Shown here in pieces: positions 54,567 to 64,000 of a stretch of DNA of 64,000 nucleotides. Under the pieces are notes generated by a model that did not search any database, had not been told where the DNA came from, and saw only the letters and a list, made by a program, of their open reading frames with translations. The position numbers were made by a program, and so were the translations under genes. Origin of the DNA: Candidatus Krumholzibacteriia bacterium (lineage in GTDB: Bacteria; Krumholzibacteriota; Krumholzibacteriia; JAJRXK01). Position 1 is the first letter of the stretch. Each line of letters opens with the position of its first letter. The stretch lies in contig JBGPIA010000003.1 in NCBI GenBank assembly GCA_041484665.1, positions 160,001 to 224,000 of the forward strand, given 5' to 3'.

Positions 54567-57032
54567 CTAACGGATGATGGTCAGGCGACCGAAGAGCTCC
54601 TCGCCGGCCGAGTTGGTGATGCGATAGATATAGACCCCGCTGGCCACCGACTCGCCGGATTCATTGCGTGTATCCCACTCGATGTTGCCGCGCGCGGCGC
54701 CCCCGGCCGTCACGTTGGCCAACTGGCGAACCAGATCCCCCGCTACGGTGAAGATCTCGCACTTCGCTCCCGGCGTGACGTTGAAGAAGCGGAGTGTGGA
54801 TTGGTCGCCCACGTCCCATCCGCCCTGGCGTCGCAGCGGGTTGGGCACCACGAACACGCCCTTGAGGTCGTTGGCCGGGTCCAGGTTGACCTGGAACTTC
54901 GTCTGGTTCGAATTCACCGCGCCCGGCACGGGCGAGCAGCCCAAAAACGGCTCCGACTGCGGCGAGTTCTCGTCTGCGCCGCGCGGGCTGAACGTCATTT
55001 CGCGGGCCAGCGAGGTGGGAAAGACGTTCCCGCTGTAGCCGTAGTCGAACGTGGAGACTGCGTAGTAGTACGTGAACCCGTTGTAGATGTCGCGGTCGAA
55101 GAACGACACGGAATCGCGGCCGAAGAACGTGAAACAGGCCGCGCGCTTGTCGGCGAAGCAGCCCGGGATGCGGCGCGGGAACTGCGCGTCGCACGGATCG
55201 GCGAAGCAGGACTCGGGGTTGGTCCGATCGTAGAGGCCGATGAGCTGCATCGTGTCGGGCCGCGGCGTGCGGCTGCGCCACACGGTGTAGCCCTGGTAGG
55301 TCTGGGCACGGACCACGAAGAGACTGTCATCCGGTGCGACGGGACCATCGTCGAAGCGGACCTTCAGGCCGAGCTCGAGGCCGAGCTTGTCCGGGTCCGT
55401 GTCGGGAGGTGGTCGGTAGGTGCGCGACAGGAGCACCGCCGTGCCGGCCCGGTAGACACCGCCGTTCTCCGTTCCCAACAGGAGCACTCCTGGCTGCTCA
55501 GGGTGCCACACCATCTTCGTCAGGTCGCTGTTCGTCAGGCCGCTGCCCCACGGGTCCCAGCCCGCGCCGCCATTGACGGAGCGGATCAGCCCCCGAGTCT
55601 CCGTCGCGGCGTAGATCACGCTGGGATCGGCCGCATCCTGCAGGATCGAGGGCAGGGCGGCGCTGCTGTCCGGCAGGCCCGCGCTGATGTTGGTCCACAC
55701 GTTGCCGAAGTCGACCGTGCGGAAGAGACCACGGCTCGTGGTACCCGCCAGGAGCACGTTGGGCGCGGTGGCATCCACCATGATCGCGGTTGGCTCCGCG
55801 GCGCGACCGTTGGAAAACCCGAGGCTCGGGCACTCGACCATCCCCTGATTCGCCCGCGCCCAGGTCAGGCCGCCGTCGGCGCTCTTGTAGACACCCCAGG
55901 TCTGCAGGCCCGCGTAGAGCTGACTGGGATTGGTCGGGTCGGCCACCATCGTGGTCACGATGGGCGTCCGCCGGGTCGTGTCGTTGGGGCAGACCACACC
56001 GTTGACGACGATGGGCACGTGGAACTCCTGCAACGTGAGCCGGGTCCAGGTGGAGCCGTCGTCGCTGCTACGGAAGAGCCCCAGCCCACGCAGGCAGGCG
56101 AACGATGTCCCCCCGGCGTACCCGAGGAAACTCACCTGCTGGATCGCACTCTGCGAGGGAAGCGTCGCGTCGACGACGAGCTTGGACCAGTGGACTCCGC
56201 CGTCGTTCGAGCGGTGGACGCCATCGTTGGTGCTGCCCAGCAGCACCAGATCGGGGTTGCCCGGAGACACGGCCAGCGCCACCGGGGCGAATGATGCCTG
56301 CACCGGCGCGCCGGGCAGCTTTGGATCGAGCGCGATCGTCCAGGCGATTGCGGTGTCGCTGGCCCGCACATCGGCACGCGCGAGCATGGTGCCGCTGTTC
56401 CCGGTGACCGCGGCGTACACGCGCGAGGCGCGCGCGTCAGGCGATTTCCATGTGGCCAGGGCCCGCACGTTGGTGTGGGGGAACAGATACGGCGGGATCC
56501 CGTTGTTCACCTGCTGCGCCTGCGCGGTGCCCGTGGCGACGAGGAAGAGCCCGCCCGAGTCGCTCACGTTGATCTTGCCGGTGAGGGCGCCGCTGATCCG
56601 CCCGGGCTGGCTGTCCATGTTGTTCCAGCTGATGACGAGCGTGCTTTGGGTGGGGTCACCGATCGTGCCGGCACCCTCGGCCGCGAACTTGAGCTGGCGG
56701 TCCACCAAATCGCGGTAGGCCCCCTCCAGCACCGGGTTGAATGGCGGGAGTACTGGAGGGTTGCGCAGCGAGCGAATCGATGCGCACGTTCCCACCGAAT
56801 CGGGCAAAGGGGTCCAGGTCAGCAGATTGCCTTGGACGCTGCGGCGCTCGAAACGGATATGCAACCCCTGTGGCGCACGCAATGCGAGCGTGTCGCCGTC
56901 GCAATCGTAGTTGCAGCTTCCGGACTGGGCGCCCGCCGCCCCGGCCCAGACCGCCAGTGCCGCCGCCGCGGCCGCCGCCCCCTTCGCGAACCCCCGGCTC
57001 CCGCCCCTTCGAACCAGCGTCGACCTCTTCAC
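54567..57032 (-). CDS. Secreted BNR/Asp-box beta-propeller protein with C-terminal FlgD/T9SS-like sorting domain
   Basis: Signal peptide ending 'AGAAGA-Q'. Five S/T-x-D/N-G-G-x-x-W-type boxes. 'NGFTYYYAVSTFD'. C-terminal 'VVPNP...FFN......IFTVAGDLVR...WD.RN.SG..VASGVYIY...TIIR'. Confidence 0.85.
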   Translation of the reverse strand: MKRSTLVRRGGSRGFAKGAAAAAAALAVWAGAAGAQSGSCNYDCDGDTLALRAPQGLHIRFERRSVQGNLLTWTPLPDSVGTCASIRSLRNPPVLPPFNPVLEGAYRDLVDRQLKFAAEGAGTIGDPTQSTLVISWNNMDSQPGRISGALTGKINVSDSGGLFLVATGTAQAQQVNNGIPPYLFPHTNVRALATWKSPDARASRVYAAVTGNSGTMLARADVRASDTAIAWTIALDPKLPGAPVQASFAPVALAVSPGNPDLVLLGSTNDGVHRSNDGGVHWSKLVVDATLPSQSAIQQVSFLGYAGGTSFACLRGLGLFRSSDDGSTWTRLTLQEFHVPIVVNGVVCPNDTTRRTPIVTTMVADPTNPSQLYAGLQTWGVYKSADGGLTWARANQGMVECPSLGFSNGRAAEPTAIMVDATAPNVLLAGTTSRGLFRTVDFGNVWTNISAGLPDSSAALPSILQDAADPSVIYAATETRGLIRSVNGGAGWDPWGSGLTNSDLTKMVWHPEQPGVLLLGTENGGVYRAGTAVLLSRTYRPPPDTDPDKLGLELGLKVRFDDGPVAPDDSLFVVRAQTYQGYTVWRSRTPRPDTMQLIGLYDRTNPESCFADPCDAQFPRRIPGCFADKRAACFTFFGRDSVSFFDRDIYNGFTYYYAVSTFDYGYSGNVFPTSLAREMTFSPRGADENSPQSEPFLGCSPVPGAVNSNQTKFQVNLDPANDLKGVFVVPNPLRRQGGWDVGDQSTLRFFNVTPGAKCEIFTVAGDLVRQLANVTAGGAARGNIEWDTRNESGESVASGVYIYRITNSAGEELFGRLTIIR

Positions 57033-57105
57033 GCCGCCCCCCTGTTCGACCTTGTGCCCATTGCCGTCCAGTGCCCCTGCCGCGCAGTCCGCCACGCCCC
57101 CCGCC

Positions 57106-59415
57106 CTACTGCGCCGGGATCTGCCACCGCTCGCGCAGGATCCACAAGAGCGAGCTGCGCACCGTCGCCTGGTCGAAGGCCAGCGGGTGGAAGCCCCACA
57201 GGAAATCCTCCGAGCCCGCCAGCGGCTTGCTCAGCGCGTAGGCCGTGCTCACGATCCCGATGGGCGCCAGGTCGAGCTTGGACTTCAGGAGGTGCTTTGG
57301 GTAGCAATTGGTATCCGCGAACGCGACGCAGCCCTCGTCGCGGCGGGCGCGCATGCGGTACATCGTCTGCTGGCAGTCGCGCAAGTTGAGGGCGACGTCG
57401 CGCGATGTCGTGTTGACGTTGTAGAACTCCTCGTGCTCGAACTGGAAGTCCCCTTTGCGATTAATGAAGTTCTGGCACGAACGATCGGCGCCGGACAGCA
57501 GGTCGACCACCTCGCCGTTGGCGCTGGGGTAGCTGGCCAGGAATTGGGGGTCGACCACCGCCTTGTAGATCCCGTCGCAGTTGAGCGTGCGGAGCTGCTT
57601 GCCGATGCCCGAATCTTCGTTGTAGATCTGCTGGGGCGCCGGGCGGATGACGTCGATCAGCTCCACACAGAATCCCGTATAGGGGTAGCGGAGCGTGCCG
57701 CGGTTGAACTTCGAGCCGTCGGCCGCGGTCTCCTGACCGAAGCCGTCCTGGCCGGGGCCGTCCGACACGTTGAAGATGATGGGATAGACCCACTGCGGCG
57801 GCGTGGCCACCGGCTCGTACTCGATGGTGTTGAACGCCGACTGTGGCCCGCACATGAGCACATTGCCCACGCGCGCCTGGTAGACCTCGAACCAGTTGTA
57901 CCTCGGCAACAGGGTGGTGATGGGCGCCAGCGCGAGGTGGAATTGCGTGTTGTGGTTGGCGCCGCTGCTGAAGTAGATGACCGACTTGTAGTTGTTCAGC
58001 CGCCGGAAGACGAACCCCCCCGTCTCGACGTGCGTGTCCAGCCGGTCGGCGCCAGGGTCGAAGTTGCTCACCCGCCCCACGAGCAGGTTGTCCCAGCGCT
58101 GTTTCCACTCGCGATGGCGGGCGATTTCCGGCTGCGTCTCGGTGTGGGGCCAGTCCTCCACCAGGAGCAGGTCGCGCTGGTTCTGGCGCTGTGCGATCTG
58201 AATCACGTCGAACTGGAAGATCCCGCGCACGATGGTGCCGGAGTTGTCGCGTGCCTGGACCACGAAGTTGGGTGTGCCCTGGCTGAAGGACTTGGGTCCC
58301 GCCCGGCGGAACAGCGGTCCCTCGCCCCACCCCACCGCCCAGCCGGGATCGTTGGGATCGTTGACGTCCTGCACCTCCCATCCGAAGCGGTAGGCGTCGA
58401 TCACGCCGGCGTACTGGCTGGCATCGGCCCGCCACTCGAACCGCAGCGGCTGCCCGGACACGATCTCGAACAGCTGCAGCCCGTTGGCGCTGCTGAACTG
58501 GAAGCTGCCCAGGAACTTCTCGGTCACCGTGAGCACGGGCTTCTGCGTGTCGCTGATCTGGACGTGGCGGACGTTGACGCCCCACTCGAAGGTCGGCGTC
58601 ACGGCTCCGGCTCCGTCCTGGGCCTGCACCGCGAAGAAGAAGTTCTGGAGCAGGGCTTGCCGCGCGAGCGTGATCGTCTTGCCGCTGTCCTGCGGCGCGT
58701 CGTAGCGCAGCCAGGGGCCCCATGCGCTCTCGGGCACCTGGGCCAGCGGGTTCTCCCGGTCGAACTGGGTCTTGGTCCAGCAATGGTCGGTCGGGTAGAG
58801 CAGGTAGCGTACGAATTCCGGCTCCAGATTCTCCGAGTCAGGGTCCTTCCCCAGCCAGCCAAAAGTCAGCACGCGCGCCGACAATTGGCAGGCCGTGACC
58901 GTCTGCGCCGGCGGCACGTTGATCTCGATGGTCGGGGTAAGCGTGGTGGCCGTGAAGCTCACCGTCGCCGGCGTCGGGTCGCGGGCACCGTCGTTGTCCA
59001 CGGCGCGCAGGAAGAACGTGTGGGTATCCCAGGCGCGGTAATCGCGCGGACCTTGCCTGGGATCGTTGACGTCGACGTTGAAGGAGTCGATATCGGCTTT
59101 GACGACGAAGCTCGAGTCGGTGACGGCCGTGCGATGCCACGCCAGCGACGACGTGTCGGCCACGTCCACGTGCCCGTCGCGACCGTTGTTGCTGATCCGC
59201 CACTCGAAGTACGAGACCTCGCCGTCCAGGTCGGAGCCCGTCCAGAAGAAGTGGACGGTGAAGTTCGTCTGCCCCAGCACCGGCGGCACGGCGGTCACCC
59301 GGCTGTCCGGCGGGGAGTTGGGGACAAGATCGCCATCGGGGGTGGTGCTGGCGCAGCCCAACGCCGCCGCTGCCAGCACGGCCAGCACGCCGGCGATCCA
59401 CGGTTTGGTCATCAT
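57106..59415 (-). CDS. Large lipoprotein with repeated Fn3/Ig-like modules
   Basis: Lipobox 'AAALG-C' and GGAGGT RBS. 'NSPPDSRVT...FFWTGSDLDGEV...HTFFLRAVDNDGARDPTPA', with further 'W.G.DPD...FAVQAQD..GA' repeats. Confidence 0.8.
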   Translation of the reverse strand: MMTKPWIAGVLAVLAAAALGCASTTPDGDLVPNSPPDSRVTAVPPVLGQTNFTVHFFWTGSDLDGEVSYFEWRISNNGRDGHVDVADTSSLAWHRTAVTDSSFVVKADIDSFNVDVNDPRQGPRDYRAWDTHTFFLRAVDNDGARDPTPATVSFTATTLTPTIEINVPPAQTVTACQLSARVLTFGWLGKDPDSENLEPEFVRYLLYPTDHCWTKTQFDRENPLAQVPESAWGPWLRYDAPQDSGKTITLARQALLQNFFFAVQAQDGAGAVTPTFEWGVNVRHVQISDTQKPVLTVTEKFLGSFQFSSANGLQLFEIVSGQPLRFEWRADASQYAGVIDAYRFGWEVQDVNDPNDPGWAVGWGEGPLFRRAGPKSFSQGTPNFVVQARDNSGTIVRGIFQFDVIQIAQRQNQRDLLLVEDWPHTETQPEIARHREWKQRWDNLLVGRVSNFDPGADRLDTHVETGGFVFRRLNNYKSVIYFSSGANHNTQFHLALAPITTLLPRYNWFEVYQARVGNVLMCGPQSAFNTIEYEPVATPPQWVYPIIFNVSDGPGQDGFGQETAADGSKFNRGTLRYPYTGFCVELIDVIRPAPQQIYNEDSGIGKQLRTLNCDGIYKAVVDPQFLASYPSANGEVVDLLSGADRSCQNFINRKGDFQFEHEEFYNVNTTSRDVALNLRDCQQTMYRMRARRDEGCVAFADTNCYPKHLLKSKLDLAPIGIVSTAYALSKPLAGSEDFLWGFHPLAFDQATVRSSLLWILRERWQIPAQ

Positions 59416-59487
59416 GACTCGAGCACCTCCACTTGCGCTGCGCAAGCGGCGCCGCGGGGCAGGGCCGCGGCGCCGCGAACGGTCCAC

Positions 59488-61710
59488 TCAGTTCGGCTGG
59501 CAGCCGGGGTCGTCTTGTGGTCCGTACCCCGGCCAGAGCTCCACGCGCTGGCCGGTGGCCGGATCCTCGATCCCCAGCAGAATCGTGAAATGGGCGACTG
59601 CTTCGTTCGTCTGCCGCCCGAGATCGGGCATCGTGCTGCTTTCGAATTGCGGGGTGCCGGACGGGCGGACCGTGAGCGGGTAGTGGGGGAATCTCGAGCC
59701 GGCGCCGGTCGTCTTCCCGATGACCTCCAGGGTCATGCTCCCCAGCTCCAGGCGTAGGGCACACCCCTGTCCGCGAAAGCTCGGGCTGGTGGGGCCGTCC
59801 GGGTCATAGTACCGCAGCAGCGTCGGGCTCCACAGCAGGTCGGGGATGAAGATCTGCACCCCGTTCGCGGCGCTCAGATCCAGACGGTTGAGCTCCGAGG
59901 ATGGGTTGAAGAAGTCGATGTTGTCGCGGCCGCCGCCCTCCTTGAGGAGGTTGTCGGGGTCGCGGTCCGAGTAGAGCGCGTACGCCCAGGAGCGGATCGC
60001 GCCGGCGATCCTGATGTTGTCGGTCAGCGGATCTGGATAGGGCTCACGCGGGTGGTTGGCGCCCTCGAAGACCAGCGAGTACGTGAAGATCGTGCCGGTG
60101 ACCGGCTCCAATCCTGGCCCGGCGCTGGGCAGGTAGCGTCGCGCCGAGTTGTCCCAGTAGAGCGTCTTGGCGGTCTGCGTGGTGTACGGCACGTGGTTGT
60201 CCGGCCAGCGCGACGCGAAGGGCGACTGCGGCCACTTCAGGATCAGCGAGTCGCCTTCGGTGGGCTGCACCCGCGTCATGCGCGGGCGAAAGCCGCCGAT
60301 GAAGCCGATCGTAGCGGGCGTGGGGTCGGGCCGCCCCAGCTCATCCTTGGTCCGGCCGTTGAACGTATAATCGAACGGACCGACGAAGAAACCGAGGGTG
60401 TCGGGGCGGGCCGACTCGTTGAATCCGTCGCGGAACTGCTGGAGAGATCCACGCTGGTCGCGGCCGAAATACTCCAGCTCGGCCTGAAAGGTCACCGCTG
60501 TGTCCGCCAGCGTCTTATCGCAGCAGAAATCCGGACCCAGGCCCGGACGGCCCTCGTACCGATCGAAGCCAGTGATGCGCACGATGGCATATGAGCCGGC
60601 GGGGATGGTGTCCCCGGGCGCAAACGTGCAGACCGTATAGCCCCCTTGTCCGTCCGGCACGCGGTATTGCGGAAAGGCGTACGGTGCCTCCGCCAATGTC
60701 GCGACCGTCTCGCAGCTCAGCGGCAGCGGCGGCGGCGGGATGAACGACTCGGGCGGGTAGTTCAGCTCGAAGGCGAACTCGCCGGAGTTGCGGGTGTTCT
60801 CCACGAGCGCGACGTCCTGGACCACGACCTTGAGCACGTGCGGGCCGCTCTCCCAGCGCAGCTTCTCGGGGCAGTCGGGGCCGAAGTCGCATCCGGACGT
60901 CCCGGGCCCGGTCGGCGTGTCGTTCTCGTAGACGAACGAGGTGACGGGCCCGAAGATCGCCAGCCCGGATTGTGGATCACGGGGGAAGAACTCGGCGTTG
61001 GCGTCCTGGCTCGCCAGGTACTTGTAACCGAGGATCTCGCCGTTGGGCGAGCTGGCCTCCCATGAGATCATGAACTTCTGCGCGAACCCGATGAACGGGC
61101 GCAGCGTCTGCTCCGGGGTGCCCGCAATGGGGCTGAACGCGTTTCCCGTCCAGCGCAGACGCCACTGGCCGTTCTCGAACGTCGAGACCCGGAAGACGAG
61201 CTGCGGATTGCCCAGGCTGTTGTTGAAGAAATGCAGTCGGGCCGGGCTGGCGTCGCAGCCTCCCCGGTCGTCGACGGCGACGATGTGGAAGGTGACGTCC
61301 TTGCTGTCCGTGGCGCCGCGGTCGACCGTGAAGACGAACACCGAGTCGGACTTGTCCGTATAGCCCACCACGCGCCCTTGGATGATACGCGTCGTCGTGA
61401 TGTCGTCGCACGGGTCGAAGCGGCTCTCCTCCTCGTCGACGTCGGGCGTATTCCGATCCTGGGCCGTGGAGTCGGTGATCGCCCAGATGTAGCGCACCAC
61501 GTCGCCGTCGGCGTCGGTCCCGTACCAATACAGGTGCCGGCGGAAGATCCCGCCGGTCGTCTCGGCCGGAGCGCCCGTCAGAAAGGTGTCGGGCGGCAGA
61601 TTCACGATCACGGGCTCCGGATTGAAGGCCCTGCATCCGAACAGCAGCGCCAGCGTGAGCAGGGCGCCCAGTCCGACCCCTGCGAGGACAGACTCGTTTC
61701 GGCGCGTCAT
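59488..61710 (-). CDS. Large lipoprotein, paralogue of 57106-59415
   Basis: Lipobox 'LLFG-C'. 'NLPPDTFLTGAP...LYWYGTDADGDV...TFHIVAVDDRGGCDASPA', and later 'KDELGRPDPTPA'. Confidence 0.8.
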   Translation of the reverse strand: MTRRNESVLAGVGLGALLTLALLFGCRAFNPEPVIVNLPPDTFLTGAPAETTGGIFRRHLYWYGTDADGDVVRYIWAITDSTAQDRNTPDVDEEESRFDPCDDITTTRIIQGRVVGYTDKSDSVFVFTVDRGATDSKDVTFHIVAVDDRGGCDASPARLHFFNNSLGNPQLVFRVSTFENGQWRLRWTGNAFSPIAGTPEQTLRPFIGFAQKFMISWEASSPNGEILGYKYLASQDANAEFFPRDPQSGLAIFGPVTSFVYENDTPTGPGTSGCDFGPDCPEKLRWESGPHVLKVVVQDVALVENTRNSGEFAFELNYPPESFIPPPPLPLSCETVATLAEAPYAFPQYRVPDGQGGYTVCTFAPGDTIPAGSYAIVRITGFDRYEGRPGLGPDFCCDKTLADTAVTFQAELEYFGRDQRGSLQQFRDGFNESARPDTLGFFVGPFDYTFNGRTKDELGRPDPTPATIGFIGGFRPRMTRVQPTEGDSLILKWPQSPFASRWPDNHVPYTTQTAKTLYWDNSARRYLPSAGPGLEPVTGTIFTYSLVFEGANHPREPYPDPLTDNIRIAGAIRSWAYALYSDRDPDNLLKEGGGRDNIDFFNPSSELNRLDLSAANGVQIFIPDLLWSPTLLRYYDPDGPTSPSFRGQGCALRLELGSMTLEVIGKTTGAGSRFPHYPLTVRPSGTPQFESSTMPDLGRQTNEAVAHFTILLGIEDPATGQRVELWPGYGPQDDPGCQPN

Positions 61711-61835
61711 GGTCACCCCACGACCCCCCCTGGTTCCCGTCAACGGCCAGGCACGATTTGAAGAGGTACTGGCGAAAAGCGTCTCGGTGGGGACGAGATG
61801 CGGGTCGATCGTCTGAGCCGGCAAAAGGCGCTGGA

Positions 61836-61865
61836 AAGATAGGGGCTTGCCTTCGCGGCTGTCAA
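61836..61865 (-). promoter_or_regulatory. sigma70 promoter for the lipoprotein cluster
   Basis: TTGACA-N18-TATCTT. Confidence 0.65.
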
Positions 61866-62076
61866 TAGTGGGGTCCCCGGCGGCGGCCCCCCTGGGGAGG
61901 CGGCCGGGGTCCGGGGGCTCCCGCCGCGGGCCCATCCGAGGCACCCGCCGCCCCCGGCCGACACCCTAGCGGAGCGCGCGGCCGGGTCCCGGTCCGCGCC
62001 CCGGGCCCGGCCCTGGGTGCGGCGCCGCGCGCCGCCGCGGCTGGTGCGCGCGGATCCGGCGCCAGAGGGGCGCCGA

Positions 62077-63999
62077 TCAGGCGCGCTCGGCGCCCACGGG
62101 AGTCGGGGGAGGCACGCGGGACAGATCGGCGAAGCGCGCGAACATGTAATGCAGTGCCTCGAGGAACGCGAGCCGTGCGCGCCGGAGCTCCGGGTCCGGA
62201 GCGTTGACCAGCACGGCGGTGAAGTAACGGTCGATGGGCGCTCCGAGCCCCGCCAGCGTCGCGTAGACGGCCTCGTAGTCGCCAGCCTGCTGGCCCTCCC
62301 GTAGCCGGGGCACGGCCGAGAGCGCCGCCGCGTACAGCTCCGCCTCCGCCGGCTCCCGCAGCCCCTGGGAGGAGAACCCGGGCGCGGCGCCGCCTGCCGC
62401 GTGCGCGACCCACGCTTCCCACCGCTGCCGCGCGCGTTGCTGCAGTTGTTCTGCCCGGATGTGGGGCGCGAGCGCCTCCTCGGGGAGCTCGCCCTCCTTG
62501 ACGAGGATATTGCGGCAGCGCTTGGCCCCCAAGAGCAGCATCCCGAAGCCGGCCTGGCCCTGGAAGGCGGCCAGCGCACGCGCCGCGCGCACGTTCTCGA
62601 CGGGGTCCAGCGGTGACACGGAGAGCACGGCGCGTACGATCTCGGGCGGCAGGTCGCCCAGATACGTCTCCAGGCGCCCCCAATACAGATCGTCGGTCTG
62701 CAGGAGCGCCTCACGGCGCTGCTCGTCCGTGGCCGTGAATCCCGCCAGCGCGCGCCGCGTCCAGTCGTCCAACGGCAGGTGCCAACCCTGCTCCACGAGG
62801 ATGCGCAGAACCGCCAGCGACTGCCGGCGCAGAGCGTAGGGATCCTGTCCTGCGCTGGGTGCGAAGCCTGCCAGCGCGCAGCCGGCGATGGAGTCGAGGC
62901 GGTCGGCCAGCGCCACGAGCAACGCGAGCGTCCCCGCGGGGAGCCGGTCCCCCGCAAAGCGCGGGTAGAGGTGCTCGAGCACGACGTCGGCTACCTCCGC
63001 CGGCTCGTGCGCCTCCAGGGCATAATAGCGGCCGATCACGCCCTGCAGCTTGGTGAACTCCTTTCCGTCCTTGATCATCTCGCTGCCGAGGTCGCTCTTG
63101 CACAGCAGCGCGGCGCGGCGCAGGAGCGCCGCGTCGACCGGCGCACGGAGAGCGCCGGCCAGCCCGTCGGCCAGGGCGGCGATCCGCTCGCACTTGTCCC
63201 GCACGCTGCCGTAGCCCTCCAGCCAGACGATGCGAGCCAGACGCTCCAGCTTCTGGTCGCTGGGCACGGCGCGGTCCTCGTTCCAATAGAAAAGGGCATC
63301 GTTGAGGCGGGCGCGCAGTACGCGCTCGTTGCCCTGGACCACGTTGGCCAGGGCGCGGTCGCCACCATCGCGAAACGTGATGAAGCGCGGCACGAGCGTG
63401 CCGTCCGGCCGCTCCACGCTGAAATAGCGCTGGTGCGCCCGCATGGCCGTGATGATGACCTCTTTCGGGAGCACCCCGACCACGGCGGGATCGTACGAGC
63501 CCGTCACCGGCCAGGGGTGCTCCAGCAGGTAGGTGACCTCCTCCAGGAGATCCGGGTCCTCGTGGAGACGTCCGCCCGCCTGCTGGGCGATGCGACGGGC
63601 CTCCTGCTGGACGCGTTCGCCGCGCAGCGCGGCCCGCGCGACCACGTGCGCACAGGCGAGCTCCGTCTCGTAGTCCGCAGCGTGCCGCAACGAGACCGGT
63701 CGATCGTCGAGGGTGCGATGGCCGCGCGTGGTGCGCCCGGCCACCAGGTGCTCCAGCCGCAGCGGGATCTCCTCGTCGCCGAGCAGGCAAACCAGCCAAC
63801 GGATCGGCCGCGCGTAGGCCAGCGCGCTCCCCGGAATCCAGCGCATAGTCTTGGGGAAGCCGAGCGCGATCAGGTGCTCGGCCAGCCCGTCGGCCAGCAG
63901 CAGGTCGCGCGTGCGCGCACCGCCGATCTGCACCTGCGCCCCCACGCGCTCGCCGCGCGGCGACGCGAAGCGGCCCAGCCCCTCCACCGGCACGCCCGC
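62077..63999 (-). CDS. glyS: Glycine--tRNA ligase beta subunit (5' truncated by window)
   Basis: 'FPKTMRW....YARPIRWL', 'TRGHR', 'HQRYF', 'GNERVLRARLNDA.F', 'KSDL...M...EF.KLQG..G.YYA', 'DPYALRR'. Confidence 0.96.
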   Translation of the reverse strand, partial: AGVPVEGLGRFASPRGERVGAQVQIGGARTRDLLLADGLAEHLIALGFPKTMRWIPGSALAYARPIRWLVCLLGDEEIPLRLEHLVAGRTTRGHRTLDDRPVSLRHAADYETELACAHVVARAALRGERVQQEARRIAQQAGGRLHEDPDLLEEVTYLLEHPWPVTGSYDPAVVGVLPKEVIITAMRAHQRYFSVERPDGTLVPRFITFRDGGDRALANVVQGNERVLRARLNDALFYWNEDRAVPSDQKLERLARIVWLEGYGSVRDKCERIAALADGLAGALRAPVDAALLRRAALLCKSDLGSEMIKDGKEFTKLQGVIGRYYALEAHEPAEVADVVLEHLYPRFAGDRLPAGTLALLVALADRLDSIAGCALAGFAPSAGQDPYALRRQSLAVLRILVEQGWHLPLDDWTRRALAGFTATDEQRREALLQTDDLYWGRLETYLGDLPPEIVRAVLSVSPLDPVENVRAARALAAFQGQAGFGMLLLGAKRCRNILVKEGELPEEALAPHIRAEQLQQRARQRWEAWVAHAAGGAAPGFSSQGLREPAEAELYAAALSAVPRLREGQQAGDYEAVYATLAGLGAPIDRYFTAVLVNAPDPELRRARLAFLEALHYMFARFADLSRVPPPTPVGAERA

Positions 64000-64000
64000 C

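Noticed and set aside
61870..62076. Structured ncRNA in the very GC-rich spacer after glyS
   Set aside because: Pairings are expected by chance at this extreme GC content; no tRNA or known ncRNA signature.

Overview
Very GC-rich bacterial chromosomal segment with almost all genes on the minus strand. It appears to come from a diderm FCB-superphylum lineage (Latescibacterota/Krumholzibacteriota/Eisenbacteria-like; inferred from a PorV-type barrel, FlgD/T9SS-like C-terminal sorting domains and paralogous 'NxPPDT' lipoproteins). Housekeeping genes (purN, purM, purD, purE, lnt, argS, rsfS, tatC, nrdR, glyA, ilvE, tsaC, ppdK, glyS) are interleaved with envelope and signalling modules. Main points: (1) a coupled locus behind a near-consensus sigma54 promoter, encoding a ~3000-aa Ig-repeat surface protein, a PorV barrel-TPR fusion, an inner-membrane RsbW-kinase/HAMP/PP2C-phosphatase fusion ending in a transposase-like double HTH, and a STAS anti-anti-sigma; this is a candidate trans-envelope partner-switching system. 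(2) An unannotated 12-17-aa Trp-terminated peptide ORF between a conserved hypothetical gene and a membrane HD-GYP phosphodiesterase; this is a candidate peptide/c-di-GMP signalling cassette. (3) A SelW/Rdx selenoprotein (CxxU, in-frame UGA plus SECIS-like hairpin) missed by the ORF track. (4) A sigma54-activator homologue that has lost its catalytic motifs. No rRNA, tRNA, CRISPR array or intact mobile element was seen.
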